The notes under the pieces are model-generated. The model had not been told where the DNA came from and did not search any database. It saw only the letters and a program-made list of their open reading frames with translations. This document shows positions 1-10,773 of a stretch of 41,435 nucleotides of DNA, one piece after another. Every line of letters starts with the position of its first letter. Position 1 is the stretch's first letter. The stretch comes from an uncultured delta proteobacterium (GTDB taxonomy: Bacteria; Desulfobacterota; Syntrophorhabdia; Syntrophorhabdales; WCHB1-27), in assembly GCA_963810935.1 (NCBI GenBank), contig CAWEPK010000018.1, positions 1 to 41,435 of the forward strand. Direction: 5' to 3'. The position numbers and the translations under genes were made by a program.

Positions 1-2086
1 CATCGGCCAGGGCGCAGGCCTACAAAAAAACGGCGGGGACGCTGAACGCTTCAGGAACCATAACCAACAACGGCGTCATAGGCCTGAACGGCAACGCGAC
101 CCTCAACGCCGGAACGGGCATCCTGACACTTGCCGGCTTGGGCACCATGACAATGGACAGCAGCGGCCACAGCCGGATCATCGGCGGCTCAGGGGGCGCC
201 CTTGTCAACGGTACGGGCCACACGATACAGGGGGCCGGCACAATCGGCGACGCAAGCGGCATAGTCCTCACGAATAACGGCACGATAACGGCCAACCAGG
301 GCAATGCCCTCAACCTCTACCTGAACCCCGGCAGCACGAACCCCGGTACCATCCAGGCCACATCGACGGGCGGGCTGAACATCTACCTCAATCCATTGTC
401 GGGCGGCTTCTTCTCCGGCTCCCTTACCAACACGGGCAGCATAATGGCGGCGGGCGGGCAGGTAACCACGTATGGGAACATCGTCAACCAGGGCACGATG
501 CAGCCACGAACGGTACGCTGAATCTGATGAATTCGGCAATCACCAACTCAGGCGCCATCCAGGCAAACGCGGGGGGCGCCGTCCTTTTCGCGATCGGCGG
601 CACGACAGGCAATGCGGGCGGCAGCACGGCGCGTCGGGGGGCGGCATAGTCAACCTGGACGGCAGCACGGTCGCGGGCGGCAGCATTACAGCGACAGGTA
701 CAAACACTCGTATATACAGCCCAAGATCTCAAATCCGGGCAACACCACCCTTACGAACGTCTCCGTCAGCCTGGATCAAAACGCCGTCCTGCAGATCGAT
801 TCCGGGAAGACCCTGACCCTTACCGGCTCCGGCGTGCTCGCATTATCAAGTTTCGGCGCGGGCCTCAGCGGCGGCACGCCCGGCACGATCATCAACGATA
901 CGGGATACACCATCCACGGCGCAGGAGCAATCGGATCGGGGGTAGGCATAGTCCTTGCGAACAGCGGCACTATCACCGCCGACTCAACCAGCCCTCTCAA
1001 TCTTACCCTGGCCTCGGGCAGCACGAACTCCGGAACCATTCAGGCCACCTCGACTGGCGGAATATACATCAATGCGACGTCCGGTTCTTTCACGAACACG
1101 GGCACGCTGCATGTAGCCTCCGGAAGCGGTATGATCGTAACGGGCAATTTCACTAATTACGCCTCGGGCGTCCTGACGGGTGGTACATACAACCTGGCGG
1201 GGACGCTGGCCCTGCCGGTGCCTACCGGTCAGACCATTCAGACAAACGCGGCGACTATCGTCCTCGACGGCGGCAATTCGTCGATCTTCGGCCAGAACAT
1301 GTCAACGCCCTGACGGGCTTCGCCGCGAATGCAAGCGGCGGCAGCTTTACGGTCACCAACGGCCGCGCCTTCACGACTTCCGGGGCCTTCAGCAATGCCG
1401 GCGCACTGACCGTCGGGACAGGCAGCGCCTTTTTGGCCGGGAGCCCAGGCAGCCAGACGGTTTATACACAGACGGCCGGGACCACGACGGTAAACGGCTG
1501 GGTGCAGGCTAGCTCCGTCTCTATACAGGGCGGCATCTTAAGCGGCGTCGGTACGGTCTCCCTTATCGCTGGCCCTTTGTCCGTTTCAAGCGGGGCTATC
1601 ATCCATCCCGGCAACTCGCCGGGCATTCTGACGATCAACGGGGCCTATAACAACGCCGGTACTCTTGCAATAGACATCCTGAACCTCGCAGGCGGTCCCG
1701 GAACCGGCTACAGCCAGTTGATCGTCAACAGCACCGGAGTGAGCATACTTGGAGGCACGGTTCAGGTCAATCTCTTAACCGGCGGCGTGGTAACATCGGG
1801 CGATAGATTCGATATACTGCATGCATCCGGAGGGCTGTCCGGCGCCTTCGCGCAGTTGGCCGGTAACCCGAATTTCTACCTTGACTACGAGGCGAGCGAC
1901 GTCTACCTCGTCGCCACCCCCATACCGCCGGGCATCATACTGCTTGCGCCTGGTCTGGCGGGCCTTTACGGACTGCGAAGGAGAATGGGGCGGAAGGCTG
2001 AACGCAAAAGGGAGATGCAAAGCGGCGCTTCAAGTCCTACCCGAACTCGCTACTATCCTGTTGCTCGAAATCCATTTGGAATATAG
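1..2086 (+). CDS. Large Gly/Thr/Asn/Ser-rich beta-strand-repeat surface protein with C-terminal PEP-CTERM-like (VPLPA-type) sorting signal; 5'-truncated by the window edge and frameshifted
   Basis: Passenger-like repeats (GTIQATSTGG twice, NNGTITA/NSGTITA, HPGNSPGILTING) run through the ORFs at 138, 472, 612 and 1433 if the frame is shifted near 505, 627, 720 and 1298. Near the end is TPIPPGIILLAPGLAGLYGLRRR (Pro motif, TM helix, basic cluster). The true stop may lie near 2000. Confidence 0.75.
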
Positions 2087-2350
2087 CAGCTTACAGATAC
2101 AGCGTTTGCCGCTCGCTTTCAGGAAGTAGTTCTTGGACGCCCTGACATGTGCGATATGCTGAATACGCACCCTTACACTTATGACACATCACCACAAATA
2201 CCGCACAGCCCGCTCTTACTGCCGCCGAAGGGATGCGCGGAATGCTCCGTTAGCGGCGGCTGGCTGTGGAGGAGCGAGTCCAAACCGAGGGAGTCCGATC
2301 GTCTTTTGCCCTTAACCCGTAGCCCCTGGGTAACTACCCCTTCCCCCGCC

Positions 2351-2379
2351 TTGCATTTCCCCCGCCCTTCGCCTATAAT
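2351..2379 (+). promoter_or_regulatory. sigma70-type promoter for rubredoxin-purC
   Basis: TTGCAT-17 nt-TATAAT upstream of the AAGGAGG SD at 2401. Confidence 0.6.
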
Positions 2380-2412
2380 TCCTATCATCTAACGGCCAAT
2401 AAGGAGGACGCT

Positions 2413-2571
2413 ATGGACACTTACACATGCGTTGTGTGCGGATACATCTACGATCCTAAAGAGGGCGATCCGGGCGCGGGCGTTGCTCCGGGTACGCCGT
2501 TCGACGACTTGCCCGATACGTGGGTGTGCCCGGTTTGCGGCGCGCCGAAGACGGAATTCGAAAAGAACTGA
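2413..2571 (+). CDS. Rubredoxin (52 aa; not in the ORF track)
   Basis: Manual translation gives [52 protein letters not shown], with two CxxCG motifs and a strong SD. Confidence 0.97.
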   Translation: MDTYTCVVCGYIYDPKEGDPGAGVAPGTPFDDLPDTWVCPVCGAPKTEFEKN

Positions 2572-2593
2572 TAAGCACCAGGAGGCATAAAGG

Positions 2594-3475
2594 ATGCTGC
2601 TCGAGACCAGGCTGGCGGGCATGGGTACGCCCAAAAAGGGCAAGGTGCGCGATATCTACGATCTGGGCGATGCGCTTCTGATCGTCGCGACCGACCGCGT
2701 CTCCGCCTTCGATGTCGTACTGTCTACAGGCATACCGGACAAGGGTAAGGTGCTCAACCAGCTTTCCCTTTTCTGGTTCGGGATGATGGGCGATTTGGTT
2801 AAGAACCACGTGCTGGAGTCGGACGCGGACAAATATCCCGCCCCCCTGCTCAAGTACGCGGACGACCTGCGCGGCAGGAGCATGATAGTCAAAAAGGCGA
2901 AGCCTTTTACCGTGGAATGCGTCGTCAGGGGATACCTGGCGGGCTCCGGCTGGTCGGAGTACAGGGAGAAAGGGAGCGTCTGCGGGATCGGGCTGCCGTC
3001 CGGTCTTCGGGAGTCGGACCGCCTTCCCGAGCCTATCTTTACGCCTACGACGAAGGCCGACGAGGGGCACGACGAGGCGGTCTCCTTCGAGCAATGCGCA
3101 ACCATAGCAGGCCGGAAAGAGGCCGAGGAGCTAAAAGGGCTGACCATCGCGATCTACAAAAGGGCCGTCTCTTTTGCCGAGTCGAAAGGCATCATTATTG
3201 CCGATACGAAATTCGAGTTCGGCACAATCGGCAGCGAGACGATCTTAATCGACGAGGTCCTCACCCCGGATTCGTCGAGGTTCTGGTCCGCCCGTGATTA
3301 TACGCCAGGCAAGGGTCAGGACAGCTTCGACAAACAGATAGTCAGGGATTATCTGGATACTCTGGACTGGGGGAAGACATACCCGGGGCCCGAGCTGCCC
3401 CCCTCGATAGTCGAGAAGACGGCCGCGAGGTACAGGGAGATTTTCGAGATACTGACGGGCGGTCCGCTGAAGTGA
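2594..3475 (+). CDS. purC: Phosphoribosylaminoimidazolesuccinocarboxamide (SAICAR) synthase
   Basis: GKVRDIY, ECVVRGYLAGS, ADTKFEFG, DEVLTPDSSRFW and SFDKQ motifs. Confidence 0.97.
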   Translation: MLLETRLAGMGTPKKGKVRDIYDLGDALLIVATDRVSAFDVVLSTGIPDKGKVLNQLSLFWFGMMGDLVKNHVLESDADKYPAPLLKYADDLRGRSMIVKKAKPFTVECVVRGYLAGSGWSEYREKGSVCGIGLPSGLRESDRLPEPIFTPTTKADEGHDEAVSFEQCATIAGRKEAEELKGLTIAIYKRAVSFAESKGIIIADTKFEFGTIGSETILIDEVLTPDSSRFWSARDYTPGKGQDSFDKQIVRDYLDTLDWGKTYPGPELPPSIVEKTAARYREIFEILTGGPLK

Positions 3476-3522
3476 TGGACGAAGGGCGGGGAAAAGCCTG
3501 AAAAAAGATAGCGGAAGGGTCG

Positions 3523-3559
3523 CGGCACAGGGCCCCGATGGAGGGCCCTGTGCCGTTTT
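3523..3559. terminator. Intrinsic terminator hairpin between convergent purC and HU genes
   Basis: 13-bp perfect inverted repeat CGGCACAGGGCCC/GGGCCCTGTGCCG followed by TTTT. Confidence 0.75.
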
Positions 3560-3564
3560 ATTAC

Positions 3565-3837
3565 TTAAGACAGGGCGTCCTTCATTGCGCTTGCAGGTGA
3601 AAATTTGGGCGCTTTTTTCGCATGGATCTTGATTTCTTTCCCCGTGCGCGGATTTCTGCCCGTGCGGGCCTTCCTCTCCACGACCGAGAACGTGCCGAAA
3701 CCGGTGACCGTCACGCGATCGCCCTTCTTCAGAGAGTCCTTTACTGCCGCCACGAAGGCATCAATCGCCTTCTCCGCCTGGGTTTTTTTGATTGCCGCGC
3801 CTGCTGCCACTTTGTCGACAAGGTCTTTTTTAGTCAT
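3565..3837 (-). CDS. hup: HU family DNA-binding protein
   Basis: MTKKDLVDKVA...GFGTFSVVERKARTGRNPRTG signature; 90 aa. Confidence 0.95.
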   Translation of the reverse strand: MTKKDLVDKVAAGAAIKKTQAEKAIDAFVAAVKDSLKKGDRVTVTGFGTFSVVERKARTGRNPRTGKEIKIHAKKAPKFSPASAMKDALS

Positions 3838-4290
3838 ATTCTTTCACCTCCTTTTTATCCAGGACCGTCGTTTTTATTAGTAAATTACACCCTCAAGGAA
3901 ACATTGTACGTGTTTTTCAGGCGCAAGGAAATAAAAATCGCACTTATTACAAAGAAAAAAGATGGAAATTATCGAATGCCAGACTTATTTTATAATTGTT
4001 CAACAGTGTGGGTATAGTATTTTTTTTCGTCCGCCGGCCGAAAGCGCCCGGCTATGCAGCCTGCGGTCTTTTTTTGCGTTTGTGAGAGGAATATGTTATC
4101 CTACAAGTCGATATTTCTTCTGTTTTCGCACTTCCGTTCATTCGTACTAAAGCGATCGCAGACAGAGAGGTAGTCGGCGGCGGGATACATATGCGGGGTG
4201 GCACCTATTTTTTTTCGGTCATCCGGGTTGTTGGCTGTCCCGGGATGGCGGCCCGAACATTAAAACGCTAAATGCAGAAATGAGGTAAGT

Positions 4291-4497
4291 GTGGCGAACG
4301 TAGAGGTAAACGACGGAAACATAGAGAAGGCGATCAAGGCGCTCAAGCGCATGCTCCAGCGAGAAGGCATCCTCAAGGAGATCAAGAGAAGGAGCTTTTA
4401 CGAGAAACCGTCCGAAAGGGAGAGGCGCAAGCAGCGGGAAGCAAGGAAGCGGCGTCTTCGGGCGGAAAGAAGAAAACATGCCTCCGGCAGGGATTGA
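4291..4497 (+). CDS. rpsU: 30S ribosomal protein S21
   Basis: IEKAIKALKR...EIKRRSFYEKPSERERRK; GTG start after GAGGT. Confidence 0.93.
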   Translation: MANVEVNDGNIEKAIKALKRMLQREGILKEIKRRSFYEKPSERERRKQREARKRRLRAERRKHASGRD

Positions 4498-4522
4498 TAT
4501 CCGGGCGCGCCTTTAGGGCGTC

Positions 4523-5261
4523 CTAGATTCCCCACCCTCCAGACACGACAATTGTCGTGCCCGTTATATACGAGTCTGTCGTCGGACGCAAGAAAAGCGG
4601 CAGTTCGGGCAATTTCTTCCGGTTCCCCCATCCTTCCGACCAGCGTTTCAGCTACGATAGGCGCCCTGTATTTCTCCGGCATCCGCTCCATGGGCGGCGT
4701 GCGGATGATGCCGGGGACTATCGCGTTGACCGTCACATTGTCGCGGCCGGCTTCGCGCGCGACCGTCTTCGTCATACCTATCACGGCAGCCTTCGCCGTG
4801 CAGTAAGCGGCCTCCCCTTTAGCCCCTGTTAGCCCGTAAATCGAGCTGATGTTGATGATCCTGCCCCAGCCTGCTTCGCGCATCCCCGGCAAAAGGAGCT
4901 TAGTCAGGACGAAGGGGACGAGCACGTGGATGCCGAGAACCTCGCCGAAGCCCTTCTTGTCCACCCTGGATGTCGTACCCGGCCGGTCAAAGCCTGCGTT
5001 GTTCACCAAAATGTCGATCGACGCCTTGCCCTTGATAGCCTCTATCAGGGCTTCCAGCTTCCCGGTGTGCATAAGGTCGATTATGTGGCCTTCCACGTGT
5101 CCGCCCGCCGCCGCTATGCCTTCGACTACGCCCGGCAACGTCCGCCTGTTCTTGTCCAGAAGGATGAGCCGTGCGCCTCTTCCGGCGAAGACCTGCGCGC
5201 ACGCGCGGCCGATGCCCTGGCCCGCGCCCGTAATGAGCGCCGTATGTCCTGATAAATCCAT
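4523..5261 (-). CDS. SDR family oxidoreductase (FabG-like), with a probable indel near 4575
   Basis: TGAGQGIG, NNAG, YCTAK motifs. A frame shift near 4575 restores the canonical SYITGTTIVVSGGWGI* end with the stop at 4523, which removes the overlap with rpsU. Confidence 0.88.
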
Positions 5262-5506
5262 ATTTGCCTCTCCGCTATTTTAAGCGAGAACTGCCGCCGA
5301 TAGCAACATGATCGTAGGGGGCGCCCGCCGCAGACATATTATTTCGCGGGGCGTCCGGGCGGCTGATATTGCATACAATCGTCCCTCACCGCATCGGCAA
5401 AAAAGACTTGTATTCCGGCTTTTTCCTGCCTAAAATAAAAGCGCAAACAGATGTAATCCGTACAAAAGGCGTAAAGTGCGCCCGCAAGACGGGAACGCCT
5501 GAATAG

Positions 5507-6325
5507 ATGGTAGAGACGGAGGCAAGAGCGGTGCTTGTAATAGGCGAGCGGATCAACGCGTCGCGTAAATCGATAGGCGAAGCCATCGCCTCGCGCAACG
5601 CGGAGTTCATCCGGAATGAAGCCAGGGCGCAGGCCGCGGCAGGGGCCGACTACCTGGACGTAAACGCCGGGACCTCCGATTGCAGGGAGGCCGAAGACCT
5701 GAAATGGCTCGTCGAGGTCATCCAGCGTGCGACGGATACGCCCCTGTGCATCGACAGCCCCGACCCCGCCGTAATCAGGGCGGTGCTTCCATTGGTGGAG
5801 AAGACGCCCATAATCAACTCGATCACCCTGGAGCCCGCGCGCCTGGAAGGCATCCTCCCTCTCGTCGCCCAATATAAGGCAAAGGTCATTGCCCTCTGCC
5901 AGTCGCTTGATGCGATAGCCGAGACGACAGAGGCGAAGGTACAAATGGCTGCCGAGCTTGCAGCTAAGACAAAAGAGGCGGGCGTCCCCATAGGCGACCT
6001 TTACATCGACCCACTCGTCTACCCGGTTGCGACCAATAAGCTATCCGCAATGGCCACCCTCGCGGCAATCGAGGAGATTATGGCGCGGCTGCCCGGCGTA
6101 CACACGACCTGCGGCCTGACGAACGTCTCTTTCGGGCTTCCCAAAAGAAAGCTCGTCAACCGGGCCTTCCTGGTCGTCGCCGTTGCCAGGGGCCTAGATT
6201 CAGCCATCCTCGACCCTACCGATAATGAGCTTTTCGGTACGCTCAAGGCTGCCCTTCTGATCAGCGGACACGACGACTACTGCATGGAGTTCATCAAGGC
6301 CTTCAGAGAAGGAAGGTTGGGATGA
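5507..6325 (+). CDS. Pterin-binding methyltetrahydrofolate:corrinoid methyltransferase (AcsE/MetH pterin-domain-like)
   Basis: IGERINASRK, DYLDVNAG, CIDSPD, INSIT, YIDPLV, CGLTNVSFGLP, GLDSAILDP. Confidence 0.88.
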   Translation: MVETEARAVLVIGERINASRKSIGEAIASRNAEFIRNEARAQAAAGADYLDVNAGTSDCREAEDLKWLVEVIQRATDTPLCIDSPDPAVIRAVLPLVEKTPIINSITLEPARLEGILPLVAQYKAKVIALCQSLDAIAETTEAKVQMAAELAAKTKEAGVPIGDLYIDPLVYPVATNKLSAMATLAAIEEIMARLPGVHTTCGLTNVSFGLPKRKLVNRAFLVVAVARGLDSAILDPTDNELFGTLKAALLISGHDDYCMEFIKAFREGRLG

Positions 6326-6346
6326 CTTTTGCATATGGGGAGATAA

Positions 6347-8146
6347 ATGGAAAGAAAAAACCCGCCTGAAGCAGCGCGTAAAAGCCGCCGGTCCTCCACC
6401 CTCGCCCTCGTGCCCGCCCGCCCGTCCCCCGGCCTGGCCGCCTCGCTTCGCGCTTACTACGCCACGGTCGAAGGGGCGGGCGAGGCTTACGCTGACGAGC
6501 GCATGAAACGCTGGTCGGCCGACCCTGCCGTCCGGGTGTATCGGGCAAAAAAAGGCAGTGAGACCGTCGCCCATGTAGTTTACGACCCCCGCACCAGCAT
6601 GATAGAGGAAGTCGTCGCGGCCCGCCCGGGTAAAACCGAAGCGTATATGCCGAAAGCGATCGACGCCCTCGTCGCAAAGGAAAGCCTGCTCGCCGCCGGG
6701 GGCCTGAAGACGGATATCCGGAAATACAAATGGCTGGTCGACTACGGCTTCAGGCCCGTCCGCACGTATGCGGATCAGGGCCGTTCCTTCGTTAAGATGG
6801 ACTTATCGACCGCCGTATACCTCGAGGCTGCAAAAAGCGGCAGGCCCGCGCGGCCGTACAGGCGCAAAGAACGGGTAGCCATCGAAAGGATCGCAGACAG
6901 TCAGAGCGAGGCGGAGGTCGCCGCGTCGCTCGGGCGGCTCATCGGCCGTCTCGGCGGCATCCGCAGGTTTGTCGCGCCAGGCGCGCGCGTCGTGATAAAA
7001 CCGAACGTTGTCGCTGACCACGGGATGAAGGATGGCGTGTACACGGGCGGCATCGTGACCGATATAAGGCTCGTCAGGGCGCTTATCGACCTGCTTTTGC
7101 CCGTTGCCGGCGAGGTCATCGTTGCCGAAGGGTCGTCTATCAACCGCAGCGAGACGACGAAGATGTTCGCCCATTACGGGTACGAAACGCTGGTCGAGGC
7201 CGACCCTGCACGCGTCCGCCTCGTAGACCTCAACACCGATGCGCTTGTCGAGAAACAGGTGCCTTTTGCCAAGAGGATGGCGTCGAGGAAGGTCCCGGTC
7301 ACCATCGATCGGGCCGACGTCATTATCAGCCTGCCCGTCATGAAGATCCATTTTGCGGCAGGCGTCTCCATGGCGGTCAAGAACCTGCAGGGGACGATGC
7401 CCCCGTTAGAGAAGTACATGAGCCATTTCTTCGGGCTCTGGCAAAACCTCATCAACATCCATCACCTCGTCAAGCCCGCCCTCACGATAATCGACGGCAT
7501 CACCGGGCAGGAGGATTTCGGCCCGGTCTCGGGCATACCCAAGCCCATGAACGTCCTCATAGGCGGGACGAACCCCGTCGCGGTAGATGCGACGGCCATG
7601 CGCGTCATGGGGCTCGACCCTGTATCCTCGCCTCCCGTGCTGCTTTCCTACCTTCAGGGTTTAGGGCCGATAGAGCGCGAGCGGATCGAGGTGGCCGGCA
7701 CACCTATAGAAGATGTTGCGAGCAGCTTTAAGCCGCCCGCGATCGACATTTCGAGCGGCGCCGATTTCCGCATCCACGACGGGAGCGCATGCCCCGGCTG
7801 CAGGGGATATCTCCATTTCGTGCTTACCAAGCTCAGGAGGCCTGACCCTTCCGGCGGCACGCGGTCCCTCATCGACCGGCCTTTCAGCCCGAAGGTAAAC
7901 ATTTTTCTCGGCCCGGAGATAGCCGCGCCCATCGACCCTGCGCAGACGAACGTCTTTATGGGCATCTGCCAGCAGCATAACGCGGAGTCGGGAGCGCACC
8001 TGCGCGGCTGCCCCCCGCACGCAGAGGTAATAATGAACGGCATATTCCGCCTGTTTCCCGACGTGGCGAGACCGAAATACGCAGATGAGACGGAAGAGGC
8101 GAAGCTGGAGAAAATGCTCGACGAAGTCCTTGAGATGGAGGAGTAG
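6347..8146 (+). CDS. DUF362-domain Fe-S protein with N-terminal extension
   Basis: VVIKPN, AEGS, SLPVMKIH, KNLQG, IIDGITGQE, NPVAVDA; C-terminal CPGC...C...GCPP cysteines. Confidence 0.78.
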   Translation: MERKNPPEAARKSRRSSTLALVPARPSPGLAASLRAYYATVEGAGEAYADERMKRWSADPAVRVYRAKKGSETVAHVVYDPRTSMIEEVVAARPGKTEAYMPKAIDALVAKESLLAAGGLKTDIRKYKWLVDYGFRPVRTYADQGRSFVKMDLSTAVYLEAAKSGRPARPYRRKERVAIERIADSQSEAEVAASLGRLIGRLGGIRRFVAPGARVVIKPNVVADHGMKDGVYTGGIVTDIRLVRALIDLLLPVAGEVIVAEGSSINRSETTKMFAHYGYETLVEADPARVRLVDLNTDALVEKQVPFAKRMASRKVPVTIDRADVIISLPVMKIHFAAGVSMAVKNLQGTMPPLEKYMSHFFGLWQNLINIHHLVKPALTIIDGITGQEDFGPVSGIPKPMNVLIGGTNPVAVDATAMRVMGLDPVSSPPVLLSYLQGLGPIERERIEVAGTPIEDVASSFKPPAIDISSGADFRIHDGSACPGCRGYLHFVLTKLRRPDPSGGTRSLIDRPFSPKVNIFLGPEIAAPIDPAQTNVFMGICQQHNAESGAHLRGCPPHAEVIMNGIFRLFPDVARPKYADETEEAKLEKMLDEVLEMEE

Positions 8147-8176
8147 CGAGGAAGCCGGCGCTGGGTGTGGGGCCGG

Positions 8177-8701
8177 CTATCGGGAGGCGATCTGCCTGCC
8201 GATGACTGCGCCCGCCGCAACGCCCAGGGCCAGTAAGCCTATCGTTCTTCCCAGGCCGAGACCGCTCGCCGCAACGCCAAGCCTGCTTTCGATAAAAGCG
8301 AGGTGACGCCGCTCGTCTGCGTAATGCCTTTCGATCAGGACCATTATCCGGCCGGGGAAGTCCTCGTTGGCCGCCTGCCTGTACTTGTAGTTGACGTATT
8401 TCTCTCCCGTCGCGCAGGCATCCAGAATGTCGCGGTCGCTCATCGCCCCTTCCGCTGCGGTCATCCCTTCGACGAAAACGCCCCGCGGCGCCAGCGACAT
8501 GTCGGGCGGCTCACCGCCCTCCCTCCTGATCGCTTCGCCGAAGTCTCCGACGTGCCTCTCGTGGTCATGCCGGAAGCGCAGCAGGGCCTCCTGCAGGTCG
8601 TGCGCCCTTACCGATGCGGCGGCCTTGTCGTATGCGGACAGCGCGTCGTGGTCCAGCTTCATAAGGGAACTTAGTCTGTCGATCAGATCACGGCTTTCCA
8701 T
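8177..8701 (-). CDS. Ferritin-like (DUF2383/PA2169-type) four-helix-bundle protein with C-terminal hydrophobic tail
   Basis: DHDALSAY, DHERH, GEKYVNYKY and DERRH metal-ligand pattern; ends GLLALGVAAGAVIG. Confidence 0.75.
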   Translation of the reverse strand: MESRDLIDRLSSLMKLDHDALSAYDKAAASVRAHDLQEALLRFRHDHERHVGDFGEAIRREGGEPPDMSLAPRGVFVEGMTAAEGAMSDRDILDACATGEKYVNYKYRQAANEDFPGRIMVLIERHYADERRHLAFIESRLGVAASGLGLGRTIGLLALGVAAGAVIGRQIASR

Positions 8702-8811
8702 GGTTACCTCCCCGACCGTCCTTGCGCTTTTCGTTTCCGAAACATAGTGCCTCCGCTGTATGAAATCAAGGAGTGGGAGGTGTGCTCCCCCGGCCTACGC
8801 ATATCAGCGGC

Positions 8812-8839
8812 TTGACTTTGGCGTATTTTTGACTATAAT
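8812..8839 (+). promoter_or_regulatory. sigma70-type promoter of rplC
   Basis: TTGACT-16 nt-TATAAT, followed by a GGAGGT SD and the ATG at 8861. Confidence 0.65.
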
Positions 8840-8860
8840 AGTACTCTTCGGAGGTGTAAG

Positions 8861-9505
8861 ATGGCCATCGGGTTGCTCGGTAAGAAGTTGGGAATGACGC
8901 AGATTTTCGGCGAAAACGGCGTCATGATCCCCGTTACGGTTGTAAAGACAGGCCCCTGCCTGATCGTGCAGAAGAAGAGCGTCGAGAGCGACGGCTACAG
9001 CGCCGTGCAGGCCGGTTTCGGCGAGATCGCGAAGGTTTCCAGGGCCAACAAGCCCCGCACGGGCCATTTCAAGAAAGCAGGCCTTCCTCCGATGGTAAGG
9101 CTGAAGGAATTCAGGGTAAAGGGCGACGAACTGGACGGGTTCGAGGCGGGCAGCGAGGTGCCCATCGACCTGTTCAAGCCGGGCGATTTTGTCGATGTGA
9201 CGGGCGTCTCTATTGGAAAGGGAACCGCAGGCGTAATCAAGAGGCACAAGTTCTCGGGCGCCCCCGGAGGCCACGGGACGCACGAGTTTTTCCGCCACGG
9301 CGGATCGATAGGTAATAACACGACCCCCGGTAGGACCCTGAAAGGCCGGAAGATGGCGGGCCGCATGGGCAACCGGAAAGTCACGGTGCAGAGCCTTAAA
9401 GTTGTCGACGTACGCGGCGACACGAATCTGGTAATGATCCGCGGCGCAGTGCCGGGCCCGAGGAACGGCTACCTCATTCTGAAAAAGGCGGTCAAGAGGG
9501 CGTAA
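8861..9505 (+). CDS. rplC: 50S ribosomal protein L3 (stand-alone)
   Basis: GKKLGMTQIF, DGYSAVQ, VDVTGVSIGKG, HGGSIG, KGRKMAGRMG, GAVPG. Confidence 0.96.
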   Translation: MAIGLLGKKLGMTQIFGENGVMIPVTVVKTGPCLIVQKKSVESDGYSAVQAGFGEIAKVSRANKPRTGHFKKAGLPPMVRLKEFRVKGDELDGFEAGSEVPIDLFKPGDFVDVTGVSIGKGTAGVIKRHKFSGAPGGHGTHEFFRHGGSIGNNTTPGRTLKGRKMAGRMGNRKVTVQSLKVVDVRGDTNLVMIRGAVPGPRNGYLILKKAVKRA

Positions 9506-9531
9506 GGCTACCCCGACCATAAGCGAATACG

Positions 9532-9576
9532 ATTTCAAAATCCCCTGCATCCCAAGGACGCAGGGGATTTTGAAAT
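9532..9576 (+). terminator. Terminator-like hairpin after rplC
   Basis: 17-bp perfect inverted repeat ATTTCAAAATCCCCTGC/GCAGGGGATTTTGAAAT. Confidence 0.75.
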
Positions 9577-9628
9577 TATTGGGGCTCAGCGCCCCCTCGC
9601 CGGGCAAAGCCCGCGGAGCCTCCCCCCT
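9574..9628 (-). repeat. REP/MITE-like repeat copy A, left part (split by IS110)
   Basis: AATTATTGGGGCTCAGCGCCCCCTCGCCGGGCAAAGCCC...GAGCCTCCCC is the reverse complement of the 3' end of the copies at 12671-12881 and 14888-15076. Confidence 0.85.
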
Positions 9629-9642
9629 TGTATCTTATATGC

Positions 9643-10748
<1,106 letters not shown>

Positions 10749-10773
10749 AAAGCCTTGACATCGAACACAGTTG

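Noticed and set aside
3838..4290. AT-rich HU/rpsU intergenic region as a possible tRNA or riboswitch
   Set aside because: No cloverleaf or known aptamer consensus seen; best explained as divergent promoters and leaders.
4398..4522. Apparent antisense overlap of the SDR gene with rpsU
   Set aside because: Caused by the indel near 4575; the corrected SDR stops at 4523.
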